This document shows positions 1-12,245 of a stretch of 64,000 bases of DNA, one piece after another. This stretch comes from Raillietiella orientalis (taxonomy: Eukaryota), in assembly GCA_036172245.1 (NCBI GenBank), contig JAYWIR010000021.1:1550001-1614000 (forward strand), given 5' to 3'. The notes under the pieces were generated by a model. That model saw only the letters and a list, made by a program, of their open reading frames with translations. It did no database searches and was not told where the DNA came from. Position 1 is the first letter of the stretch; each line of letters starts with the position of its first letter. The position numbers and the translations under genes are program-made.

Positions 1-592
1 GTGATCACAAGGATTCACAGAACTCGTTGCTACTATTCAACGCCTGGCGTGCGACACTTCGGGTGGCGGCTGGACAATCCTTGCATCCTTCAAAGTCCAC
101 TTTATGGACTGTGCGCGCCCGAACGGTCAAAACTACTATCGGGTTTCGTACGAACCTCCTTTCTCCAAACCCAGTTCCTCAAATTTTTAATTTGTACCTC
201 AAACTCCAACTTATAAATCGGCACAAGAAAGTATTACTGACAACGCTCCCAGTCGATTTGGCCTCATTTGGGAACGCGCAAACGAACAGTGGAACTTGGA
301 ACCGTGCAAAATTCTCCGTCAGCCTGCGGCAAATCAAGTCAGAAGATAACGACTGGCTTCCTTGAAGGTCGGGCTTACATCAGGAGGCACTCCAAACATC
401 ATTTTTATTCACTCGAGTCAGCATCAAATCACTACACCCAGAGTTAATATCTTCCAATAACTCAAATAAAACAGCAATCTTCGGGAGCTGCGACAGAATT
501 TTGATCCGTCAATCCCCCATCCTATTTCCACTTTGGGACTGTTTCCAGGAGTTTCCCCGAACCGATCCATGATCCCATTTCGAAATCATTTT

Positions 593-1393
593 CTATCCGG
601 AAAAGCCTGCACTTTCCGATGAGCAAACAAGATTCTTTGCCACACAAAGGCCATTCTGCCTTTCGCACTCGCCAGAAGCCTCTACACTGCTGTTGTCTGC
701 ATTCCAGTACTGTTGCTTTGTCAAAAATGCAGATTTCTGATGCTGACTGCTACCCAGCTTCGGTAACACAGTTGCTATGTAGCCTTCAGTCAAAGGTTTT
801 TTTTGAATGAGTTCTGGGCAGGTGTGTAGCTGCATGTTGACCTCGATCAGCTTCCCTTGTATGGTACTCCGCACTTTAAAACAACGGCCATCCTTTGTGT
901 GAACCAGACACAAGATGGAACTGGCATTTATCCACTGGCCTCCAAGTTTTTTTTTCCCCGACACAGAGTTCTGGGAGCGATCCAAACGGTCCGAAATATC
1001 GAAGCTAACACTCAGAACACCACCACATTCTTCACGCATCAATGGGTGTTTGGGCGACAGACAAACAACGCACAATCCATTGGAATGGAAAAGCACGCAC
1101 ATGTCTTCTCCTGAAGGTTCTGAATGAAAGCGCATGTCGAAATACCGTTCGTTTACTGGAATCGGTCTTTCTCCCCAGGTTATGGACTTCTCAATTGAGA
1201 GGACACAAATATTTGGATCTGAAGCACTCATTTGGAGGTAGAGTTCTTTGCTGACGGATTCGAGTATTTCAATATTAGAGCATCCAATTCCTAAGATCAC
1301 ATCTGAAAAACCGAGACTGATACTCCCAGAGGTCCTTACTGCTTTCTCCAGGCATGCATGTAATTCTTTGTCCACCTCATTGCAAGAACCCAT
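593..1393 (-). CDS. ABITRAM: Actin-binding transcription modulator (Abitram/Simiate/FAM206A), single coding exon
   Basis: ORF contains ERYF, EDMCVLFHSNGLCVVCLSPKHP, NSVSGKKKLGGQ, GKLIEVN and KPLTEGYIATVLPK, matching recalled FAM206A motifs (DRYF, EDHCILQHSNRIC, NKVSGKFKRGAQ, GRLMEVN, KPSTEGYIAVVLPK). True start may be the second Met (MSASDP). Confidence 0.9.
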   Translation of the reverse strand: MGSCNEVDKELHACLEKAVRTSGSISLGFSDVILGIGCSNIEILESVSKELYLQMSASDPNICVLSIEKSITWGERPIPVNERYFDMRFHSEPSGEDMCVLFHSNGLCVVCLSPKHPLMREECGGVLSVSFDISDRLDRSQNSVSGKKKLGGQWINASSILCLVHTKDGRCFKVRSTIQGKLIEVNMQLHTCPELIQKKPLTEGYIATVLPKLGSSQHQKSAFLTKQQYWNADNSSVEASGECERQNGLCVAKNLVCSSESAGFSG

Positions 1394-1749
1394 TATTAAA
1401 CGAAAGGCATTGTGCTACACCAATGGAATTCATTAACTTTTTTTTCTTGATTAATGATATATACTAACTGCTTTTCTGCACTGAAAAACTTTGGCATACT
1501 CCTCCTTGCAGTATTTTTCCGGACCATAGTAGTCGTGCAGGCTTTTAAACATATTAGCTCTATCTTTTAGAATTCAACATGCGCTATCACGATGTTCTGA
1601 AATCGATGCACCATACAAATGAATCTCCGGGTTAAGTTATTTTTCCTACACAAACCAAATGCTATTATAATGCTTAATATTAAACTAGTTTGAAAGTTCG
1701 AAACACATCTTTTTGCTTTCCCATTAAACAAATTCAGCATATTTTGGAG

Positions 1750-3000
1750 AAATTATGTATCAATAAGATTTTTCGGCATTCATAGCAATGTAGCCACTTA
1801 GTTAAACAACGAATACCCTACTACTCTTCGCTCTGGAAATGAATTTTTTGGGCAAATGGTGTATTTTGCACTTGCACAGCAGCTTCACTTTATCCTATCA
1901 GGAGTTACATTAAAATGATGTCCAGATCTGCAATCTGCACAATTAAAACTGCTGATTGGTTTCTCAAGCAGGTGGAATTGCTTTCTTAATAACAATTTTC
2001 ATGTTTACTCTTGACAATCTCACTGGGCATATAACGCTAACACCCAGCATCACATTGCAATTTCCATTCATTACCTCACTTGCACTTTGTTATACTACAA
2101 TTCTGTTCTGGGCATGTGATATAAACATGTTTAGCTTCTGCCACAGAGCTTTCTTATTAAATGATTATTTCTTGAGGCCACATCCACTGAGAATAACTCT
2201 AAGACTAATTTTGCAGATGTATGAACATTATTTCTGTTACTGTAAGTCCCAATCACATAATCACCTAAATGAGTACCTTTCATCTTGCTTTTTATATATG
2301 ACCACAGCATATAATTGTTGATGCCACTCATTGATTATTATCACTCCATTCAAGTTGTTCCTCAACTTATTCAGCAATCCCAATGTATTTAATGTTGTCT
2401 TTACATAAGCATCTTCACCCAATTACTGTAGTCTCTTCGTGAATACATATGATCTTACAAGCAGGTAAAATTAATCTTCTTCAAGAGTAACCTCACATTA
2501 AGCTAATACCAGATAAGTCATCAAAAGATACATGGTTTGGCAAACAAACCCGACCTTTACCTATCAACCTATGCTCATAACAAAACAAAGCGTAACAATA
2601 AATTTCTATAAACAAGTTACACCAAAATATGCAAAAAGAACTTCACTTCAGTACAATCCAAATCTTTCATTTGTTCAAAAAATCAACTAACAGAACATAT
2701 TAAATATACACCTGAAAGCATGATTATACTGAATATTTGATACAAGATATTATTTTGAAGCTGCAGCTTTCAATATCCACTACTAGTGTAAGACAATTGA
2801 AAAAGTGTTCATGTGACTTCTTTGGCATCTCTTTTTAGCATGTTATACCTGTTTTTTAACCAACTGACAGAAAGAAAAACCTTATAGAAACCTCTAAGAT
2901 CTTATAGAATCTCCAAGATACCTATTATGATAAAACTGCAGTGTTTTTTTTACCCCTTCACTGTTCAGTTACAACCATTTACAAAACCAACATAATTCTC
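1750..3000 (-). mobile_element. Very old, AT-drifted L1-like LINE ORF2 remnant
   Basis: Stop-riddled minus-strand fragments (SGVYL near 2710, GKGRVCLPN near 2550, ETNQQFxLC near 1960) lie in the order expected for KYLGV, GGLGLP and the zinc-knuckle ETxxH..C. Boundaries approximate. Confidence 0.25.
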
Positions 3001-6000
3001 GTTCTAGCATTGCAATCTTTCTTATGTTGCAGTCCATGAAAGAATAATGAAACAATGCATGTACAAACAACACATCCACATTTCAAACCTCTGGAATTTA
3101 TATATTATTCCTGATGGTTCCAAACCAGGGAGATAAACCCTTAATGTCTAGTTTGTTTCTCAAAATCGGAAACTGACACCATATTGAAGCATATCAATTG
3201 GAATTTTGGGGAAATCACTTGAAGCAGGAGGATATGCAACATGCATTTTCGTGTTCAAGGTATACATTAGTTGAGTTTCTCATTTCTTTAGCTGAACCTT
3301 AATGCTGTGTCAGCACAACCAATGTTATGTTACCAGGCAATGCAAACATGTTTCTAGAAATGATCTGCCATCAAAATTTCGTACATTAGAATATGCTTTC
3401 AGGTGTGAAGAATCTAAAATTTGCATCAGAGCTAAAAATGACTAATTTCACTGTAGTTCAGCAACAATCTCACAATGCATCATAACCTTCTCCAAAATGT
3501 GCAAGAGAGACAGAAACAAATGATAAATAGTGAAAGTCAATGATCATTTTACAAAAGGAAAAAATTTGAGGCGAATGACTCATGTAACTACAAAACTGAT
3601 TTTGCAACTCATTGGGAGTGCATTACTTCATTATTAATAAAGTTCACCACTGTTATCTCACTATAAAAACAGTGTAAAATGTATTACAGATTAAATGAAA
3701 AATGGATCCAGTGTGGGATCTAAACAATAGTTCACATGGGCCTTAGTCTCATAATTATAAACGATTCGCTCTAGATTCATGTTTTATCTGGATTTCCACT
3801 TGATTAGATGAAGATGGGATGCTTTTTTTCTTTTAAATGTGAAATCTTGTATTACTTTGTTTATAGGCACAAGGAATTGAGAGGTAGGCAGAACATGAAA
3901 TTATTTTTGATGCAAATTTAAACTGATGACAGAGAAGGGGTGTTCTAATGTTTGAATTCTGTTCTAATAAAGCATGCTCATATTGCTTATGCAATATAAG
4001 ATGAAACCAGAATGCACAAAGAAATGGAACTGGAAGCATAGATACACTTGTTTATGTCTGTGAACGAACATGATGGATGTTTGCTATCAGAAAAGAATTA
4101 AAACTCTGCAGAATGATATTTTTAAAAGATAATTAACACCTGCAAATTGCATAAGTCATTGAAAATGGGAATACATCATGGAAATCTTGAAAGAACGAAA
4201 ATGCCAGCAATGCTCCACCTTAATACCTGTGCAAACTAAGTCTTAAAAGTTTTCCCTGAGAAGTACAAGCATGTGGAAATCAGCCTTAGAGCAAATGATG
4301 CAAACTGTCAATTTTAATGCTTAAGTTAATAAGTCAACAAGTGCTTACAGAGATTTCTTGCAAGTTTCACATGAGAAGTGCTTTGAAATTTGGAGAATCT
4401 GCTTTATGACTTTGTTGATGTGTGTGTAATATACCAGAATTTACATAAGCTCTTGGATCAAGTGCAATTTTGAAACAGAATCACATATACCAACAGAAAT
4501 AGATTGGCACAAATACAAAGTTAAACCTTTATTAGTATTAACTTCAGAAGTTTTGAAGCATTCATAAAATCGAAGTGGATAGCCAATTTGTGCAATGTTA
4601 AACAAAGAAATAATGATCTAATTATGTGACAGGTGAATCCATTTGGATTAACATTGAAAACAGGAGAAAAAAATATACACACACTATTTCATCTACTACT
4701 GCCAACAGATTATTTAATCCTAACCTGAAGAACCTTTGAATCTTATTACCTTTCAAGAGCATGATTGACCTATCACAACTGTCAAATATTTGAAATCCTT
4801 GGAATTTTTCTACATGATACATCTATTAAATAAAATGCATTTATAATTATTGACTATCACAAATGATTAACCCTGTCACAACTACAACTCATAAGGCTAA
4901 AAAAATATTTGCAATGCTTTGCAAATGTCTTTCCAAAAGAAAAAATCCCAATGGAAACAATGCCTTGATACAGGATACATGATTCTTAGGATCTATGGAT
5001 GATTATGATCAAGAGTATTTTGTACCATTCAACCATTAAATAAAGCAAGCTGTATGATCTGGTTAAATGCCACCAAGTTTTACACTGCATGCAAACATCT
5101 AAATTTTTTAAGCCTAATGGCCCCAATGGTTGTAAAAATATGCCAACGTGTTGCACGTGTTTTTTAGGAAAGCTGTTCGCTGTTTTTAAGGATTTTGTTA
5201 TTTGTCAATGCCAAATTTGTTATTGCAGTTAATTGATACATCAGACATCAATGATAAACTAGAAAATCAAAAGTAACAAAACTGGATTTAAATCATTACT
5301 TAATATAACTATTACTTTTAGTTCAAAACCTTGTTTCCACAAATGAACCCCTTAAAGTCAACAATGTTAGCTTGTGGTTATGATCCCTGAAAACCACATA
5401 AATTGGGAACCTGGTTCTCGTAAACATTCTTCAGTTTTTCATGGAAGGCAAATCGAAACGCATATCTTACTTTAACACTAAACATTTGAATGTAGCTACA
5501 TACTCTTCTATTTTTTACTTATACAAACTTCAAATATCCTTTTCAGAAACAATGCAAACAAAATTCAGCAATTTTAACAACCATAAATACAACATAGTTG
5601 CATCAATACCATAATCACCATCCAATTTAATTTACTGCCAATTACGGGTTCCAGGAAAGCTACAGGCAAAATACTTTAAACGGAATATACATCCAAATTT
5701 AGATGGTGGAAAATGAAACCACGGACATAACAAATTATTGACTATTCACTCATATCCTAATTATGCGTTAGTTCATGACTACGGTACACTTTTATTTGTA
5801 ACGAAGCGAATTTACCAATACAGTCCACGAATTGTAGCTGTTGTTAAGATGCACAGTACACATATATTTTCCATGCTGTACTGTTCATGCAAAATCAAGA
5901 AAGTGAAATCATTTCCACAGACGCCCACTGCGACTTCACTTCTCACCGGCAATTTCAAGAGTACATCCTTAACACCCCCCCCCCCCCCCCCCCCTATCCA

Positions 6001-7242
6001 CACACACACAAATGAAAAAATAAAAAAAAAGGAATCATTTCTTGTCAGTTGGAAAAATAATTTCAAAGTAATCTCGAAGTGTGTCATGAGAATAGAATTG
6101 TAATATTCATGAGGAGATTAAATTGATTGAAAAGTTTTGAATGAACGATGCAGAATACGTGAAAAGCAGACTTCAGTTTAATTCAAGTTTTTTGGCTCAG
6201 GAATATTTAATTATCGAAGCTAAATATTCATGTAAAACTCGAATGCAATTATTAAATATTCAAATTTGTGCTTTCAATTTCACAAGTTTTCGAAAGCTCA
6301 ATCTTCGAAACTTTGATGCGCCTCTTTTTTTCCTTTCTTTTTCTCTTGCTTAAAAATCCTTCCTTCAAAAGGTTGTCGAGTCCCTTAAAAATAAGTGTGT
6401 CCTCTAAAAAGACACTAACACTTGTGAAAGATGGAAAAGTTTTCTAACAAGGTTTCCTGGAAGCAAATATTTTACATGCATTCGAAAAAACAAAGGGATT
6501 TAAAGGATCAATTTTGATTTATTCCTGAAATCAGTAAAACAATTTGGTGCTTTGCGTCTGGTGATGTTCAACAAGTATATGTGCCTATTATTATAACCTT
6601 TCAATTTCACAATTCTCAGTGATAAAGAACTGGAAAAATATCCTCGAAATCCGCGATGTTTGTGTTTTACTGATAGATACGCCGTTTCTCAGGCTTTGAG
6701 TGCTCTCTTAAAAGCCACTAAATTCAACATTATCTTTAAATTTCAGCTTTATTGCTTTCGCTTTTTTGAACATTTTCGGCAAATACACCTATCAGTTATA
6801 TAGTCATAATCGATACTATTGTTTTAATACATGATGTGCACATCATGCTTCCAGTTGGCTCCCAGTTTTTCTTACCAAAGATTCAGCTCCTTTCCGGACG
6901 ATCCTGGTATATCTTTGATTTTGCCTAATACTTCTTAATTGTTTATGGAAATCTCATCCCCATCTTAAAATTTAAAAATTACATAGAATTAGAATACTAA
7001 AATGAATTCGAGAAATCATGTTTCCAGAATCAGGACATTGTAATTCAGCATTAGAATGTCTTGATTCCAGAAATACTGGAAAAATGCATAGTACTGTTTA
7101 ACCATTTCCTTCCAAAATTTGGAAACTGGAAGCGCGATAATTGATGGACATTTGACCCTATCGAAATGGAGTTTGTGAATAGATACGAAACCGAGATATC
7201 GTTTTAAGGATTTTAGTTTTTGTTTCTTTTTTTTTTTTTGCG

Positions 7243-7330
7243 TTTATCCACAAACTGTTAATATAATCAAATAATGTCCCGTTCTCAATAGGTAAAGGTT
7301 ACCTATTGAGGTTACCTTGTTGTGGATAAA
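7243..7330. repeat. Nested inverted repeat / hairpin
   Basis: Perfect 12-bp stem CTCAATAGGTAA-agg-TTACCTATTGAG (7284-7310) inside an 11-bp inverted repeat TTTATCCACAA (7243-7253) / TTGTGGATAAA (7320-7330). Confidence 0.75.
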
Positions 7331-8337
7331 GAATGCTTTCGTTTATAAATTCACGAAAAACTTGAATGTATGCAAATTTCCACGCTTGCAAATGATGTAT
7401 GCAAATGACGCTGTGGCCATCCTTGAATGCACACAGGTTGATTACACTTCAAATTTGTAACTAAGTTGGCAACAGCTGCGATCCATGAAAGGAGCTCAGT
7501 GGATGTAAAAAGTTTCTTTCTCGAAACCGGAGTGGCTTTACTTTTTTTTCAGTTGTCGAATGCAAAGTTTTCGATGATGAGTATGCAAATTAATGGAGCC
7601 CAGACGTATCTGATACGTTTGGGAATTTGCGTAGTACTTCAATTCGGGAGGAGTTCAGTCGATGCTACAGAAGTTTATGCTTTGATGAAGTATCCGTATT
7701 TCAGCAAATTTCAATATCTTGTCAGGTCTTTTCAACGATTTTTTTCCCCCCTCCCCACAGTGGTGCCAATGAATTCCTCTTTGAAAGTGTAGCATGCATG
7801 GGGACTTTGCATAATTCTCTGATTCCCATCGTTTCCCGTAGTACTTTCAAGTTGCAACTCTTTATGTGTAAAGTTTAGTAAAACTTGAAACGCTTTCAAT
7901 TAATTTGTATACTCGCATCATTCCCATGTACATTCGGAGATTTAGATATTCTGTCAGTAATTCAAATCTCACAAGTTGGTCAATGCTTATTTTGAATAGC
8001 TGTATCATGTTCAGTTCCTGATTCGAATTTTTTGCATTGCCGGATCTTTATTTGTGTTGAACTGATCTTTTACCCATTTTCAAGAGGAATGAAAAGGTTT
8101 CTTATATATGGGAATTTGTTTTCTCAGTTTATAAATTAACCAGGTTGTGTAAAGTACTTTGGGGTCTGATGCAAGAAAGAAGATTGTCAGGAGAAACTGA
8201 ACTTGGGAACTAATTACTTAAATAGGCAGTTCGGAAGAAAAATTCACATAATGATAAATTTATTAGAGAAGCTAACGATATCCATCATATAACGGATGTA
8301 AGACCCATCAATGATAAAAAAATAAATGGTCTTCCAC

Positions 8338-11124
8338 TCAACTGAATAATAACTGTGCCTTTGCAGATCCATGTGCTCCTTCTCTAAAGTGTAACTGAGA
8401 CATGCAATTAGCAAGTTCCTGAGACACGTTTAAATCAAGTTCTTCCAAAACATTTTTCAGATATTCTGAAAAGTAATTTGGTTTACAATGCATCAGCTAA
8501 TGTGTGAAGCTATTCACTTACCAATATCTGTAAGTAACTGGTGAGTTCCACTTGCTGACAAGGATGGCATCTTTCCTATTTCAATCCAGTACAAATGACA
8601 AATCTGGGAAGCTACACAACCCAACAACAAATGACTGGTTGCATGCTCATGATATTTTTCAGGATAGGAATCAGGAAAGCAATATTTCATTAGCAATTTG
8701 CAAAGATGAGGAGCATCATGCTGGAAAATTATTTCCAGAAGCTGGGGGATGGTCATCAGATACTGTCCAACTTTGGTCACATACTCTTGGGGTGGATATT
8801 TGAATGATGGTGTATCTACACAACTGACTGATTCACTAGACCATACAAATAAATGAGGCACTATTTGCAAATGATGAGCAACAGGGAAGAGAAGACAGTG
8901 AAACAGGATATGGAATGCTTCCTTGTAAAATGCTTCTAAATGATCTGCAGTCTTGACAAAGCAAGACAAACTATTGTCATATCGAATTCTTTCTGCCAAG
9001 GATTCCAACTGCTTTCTTGCTGATTCTCTTAACACAAATCTTTTGAAAGAGTGTTGGAAATGCGAAGCTTTAGTGGGAGTTACAGATAGGTGCTGGACAG
9101 AGGCTTGACTGAAGTTGGTAAAATCCTCATCGATAGCCTCCATAAACTTCGGAATTTCTGCAACTGCTTGAAGCAGGAGAAGGCACAAACGAATAAGCAA
9201 CCAATCAGTAAATTGATCATGTTGCCTCTCAAATTCGTGGATTGCACTTAAAGCCTCATTCAGCAGTTGGACCATTAGTAACTATCAAATTATTTAGTAG
9301 GCATTTGCCAAAAAAGAATTTCTATACCTGCATCAAATCTTCAAATGCCAATAAACAACAACCATGTGTTAACACTTGACATCTTAACATAGCTTCTTTT
9401 AATACTGGATGAACCATCTGGAACTTCTTCTGCATTCCGTGGATTTGATCTTCAATTTCCATAGAATCCCTTATGTTTTCATCAAAGAAGGTTTGGATTA
9501 AGTTCTGCTGTTCATATTCAGGATACTGGTCAACAAGAGGCCAGAGAGGCTGAGATACTATCCTGAACAAATGACTCATATCTGCGTGTTCACCATCTGG
9601 AAAATTATGTATTTCAGACCAAGCACATTGGATCCAAGAAAACAGAAAATGTGCAAATTATACATGCCCACAATGCTTTCGAAGCCATCCACAAACTTGT
9701 CAAACAGCAGAAATGTATCTTGCAGATACTGCAGGGGCTTTGATTGCTGCCTACAAGCATTTGTCAAATAAAGCTGCAACTCTCCACTTAGTGTACTGAA
9801 TGATTCCACAAAAACCTTGCATATAAGTTCCTTTCTATTACTATCTTGCGTGATTTCACTGTACCATTTTATCTATATAAACTTTAATATAAGAGAATTC
9901 CAAACTGCCTAATCACCAATTGTGCTCCATGTGAAATTACTGCAGAAAAAAAGTCTTCCAGCCATTCATCTGAAGAAGCACCTGAACCCAACTCCAGAGC
10001 ACACTTCCATTTCTCTAACAGTTCATGTTTTTCAAGATTATGTATGTATGAAAGGAACTGGGAGTGGCGATCCATTCCTGTGAATACTTGTTGATACACA
10101 AGTACTTCATCTGAAAATAACAACTGACTACATTGTATGCAAGGACTAGCAGACCTAAATGATGATGTTTCAAAGCACTTATCAGATGTGGAATAGATAA
10201 GGTTTCCAATCTGTTTTTGTATTCTTCCATCTTTTGCACTCTGCTCTTGTAATCTGATGTGTAAATTAACACTGAAAGGGATTCATGCAGCTGCTTGATT
10301 TTTTCTGCAATGTCTAAAATGTTACCAGACTCAAATAACTATCTGAAAGTATTAGTTCACTATTTCCAAGAAACCATCAACAACCTCTTCCAATTCATTA
10401 GATAAGAGTGACCAGTTGTCTGCCTCCTTTAATGCTTTTCTAACCTTTAACAACTGCATTTTCAACGAATGAATGATACGTATGGACTCCAATGGCATCT
10501 CTGTTTGCTGATTTGCCTAAGGAATAATCACCTGTACACTGTCATACATGCAAATGCAAATCATACAACAGAAATGTCTGCTTTCACTTTGTCTAAATGC
10601 TCACTCAGCAGTACTGTCTCCTGCTCAAAATAATCCAAGTCCACCATTGCCTTTGGAAGAAGTTCAATTATCTGTTGGAGGATAAATACTTGGAATATTC
10701 ATAAAAAATGAACTACCGTACTACTTATGTCCTCCATTGCTAAATGAATTTCTTGGATATACAGTTGTAATTTGGAAACCAAATTCAAAGCTGCTACCTA
10801 CAAGGCGGATAACATTAACGGAGTATCGTAGCCCTGTATTGAAACATAATGCAAACTTTGTTTGCCGAGTTATTAAAATAGCAAAACCAACACGTTTACA
10901 TCTACCACCTAGATGGCAATTTCGGTGGATTCTCTGCTGCTTACCTCTTTACTTTCCTTTTTTTCAATCTTACTACTGCTGAATGCATTATTAATCCAAT
11001 TTTTGACATTAAAATTGTTCGAGGAAAACGCTTCCAAATCCTACAAAAACAAAGGCTATGCAAGATTAACGAGCTACCAATCGTTTATTGAAACGGAATG
11101 ATTTCACACAAACATTTCTCTCAT
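8338..11124 (-). CDS. COG7: Conserved oligomeric Golgi complex subunit 7, multi-exon
   Basis: Hand-spliced exons with consistent phases: 11124-11110 (uncertain), 11040-10945, 10797-10717, 10671-10567, 10516-10385, 10338-10155, 10110-9917, 9872-9668, 9596-9328, 9281-8522, 8465-8338. Peptides FSSNNFNVKNWINNAF, LVSKLQLYIQEI, ALKEADNWSLLS, KNRLETL and PQEYVTKVGQYLMTIPQLLE match recalled COG7. Confidence 0.92.
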
Positions 11125-11199
11125 GCCACCCGAAGCAAAGCTGCTTCGTCTGAAAAGTACATATTCCGGGGCCGGGGCCACACAGAGTTGCTCCTGGGA

Positions 11200-12210
11200 T
11201 CAATGGGAACGCCGCGGCACGACACACGTGTGCTCACCGACGTGCACCTGACCACTCACGAGCATGTGTGAAAGTGGGTGCTGCTGCACCGGAATGAATG
11301 TACTACTGCCCTGTGGCACTGTCCTCGTAATGTAATGCCTTTTCCGTTCAAGCTGCAGCAAGGACCCGTCTTCGCCCGCGAGGGGTGGTGGATCGTGCTG
11401 TCCACTTTCGGGTGCTCTGTGCCCCAGGAAAGAACACTTTCCTGGGGCAGATCGATCACACTTGGGTGTGGGAACCCAAAACGAATCGAAGGCTTCCCAG
11501 AGATCCGTGTCCGGAAATGATAGCAAAGGTGCTTTTACCACGCGGAGACGATCCCATCGCTTCTTCCTTTTTCGGCGGATGCTTTTTCCGTCTCGGCCCC
11601 CCGTCGCCACTCCGACCGCGGACAGCTGTGACTTTGTGATAATTCCACGATTTGCTGTCGTGAAATGCGTGCCACGCGGCCCTGCTTTTTTCTGGATGCG
11701 TGACGAACCCACGTTCGAAAGATGCTGTCTCATGGACCGGGCGCGACTTGCCGATAGCTCGCAGCCGTTTGTGGAGGTTGGGTACACTGTGAGACACTGG
11801 TGGACACGTACATAGTACCTTTTGAATAGTCCCTGAAGGAAGAACAGCTTCTTTTGATTTAAGGCAGTGCACGTGCAAGTTGCGATAAAGTTTCACAGTG
11901 TACTACGCAAAAGCTAACGTATTTGTCCATGGAGAGTAAGATTCGTATGTGGAAAAGGATATTCTCTCTCTCTTTCTCATCACGCCAAGTCAACGTATTT
12001 TATAAGAACGAAAACATCACCCCTGAAATTTCTGGCCACAAGTCGAAAATCGGGAAATTCGAAGCAATTCTGGTGAATGATCTTCCCATTTTTGAGAACA
12101 TCTAAGCTATAAAAATTTATATTACATCATTAGCGGCAATGATCGTCATTTATCCATACGGTTTTTGGCAAAAGGACTTTACATAAATAAAATCATCTTA
12201 CACAATCAAC

Positions 12211-12245
<35 letters not shown>

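Noticed and set aside
1..590. CpG-richer segment with short ORFs downstream of ABITRAM
   Set aside because: No recognisable domain or consistent exon; may be the edge of a neighbouring feature outside the window.
1450..1600. Minus-strand SAC-TGA-ILKDRA resembling a selenoprotein CxxU motif
   Set aside because: Downstream residues do not resemble SelH/SelW/SelT, and no SECIS or upstream exon was identified.
7244..7329. Two inverted TTATCCACA (bacterial DnaA box) matches
   Set aside because: Context is eukaryotic with spliced genes; better explained as arms of an inverted repeat.
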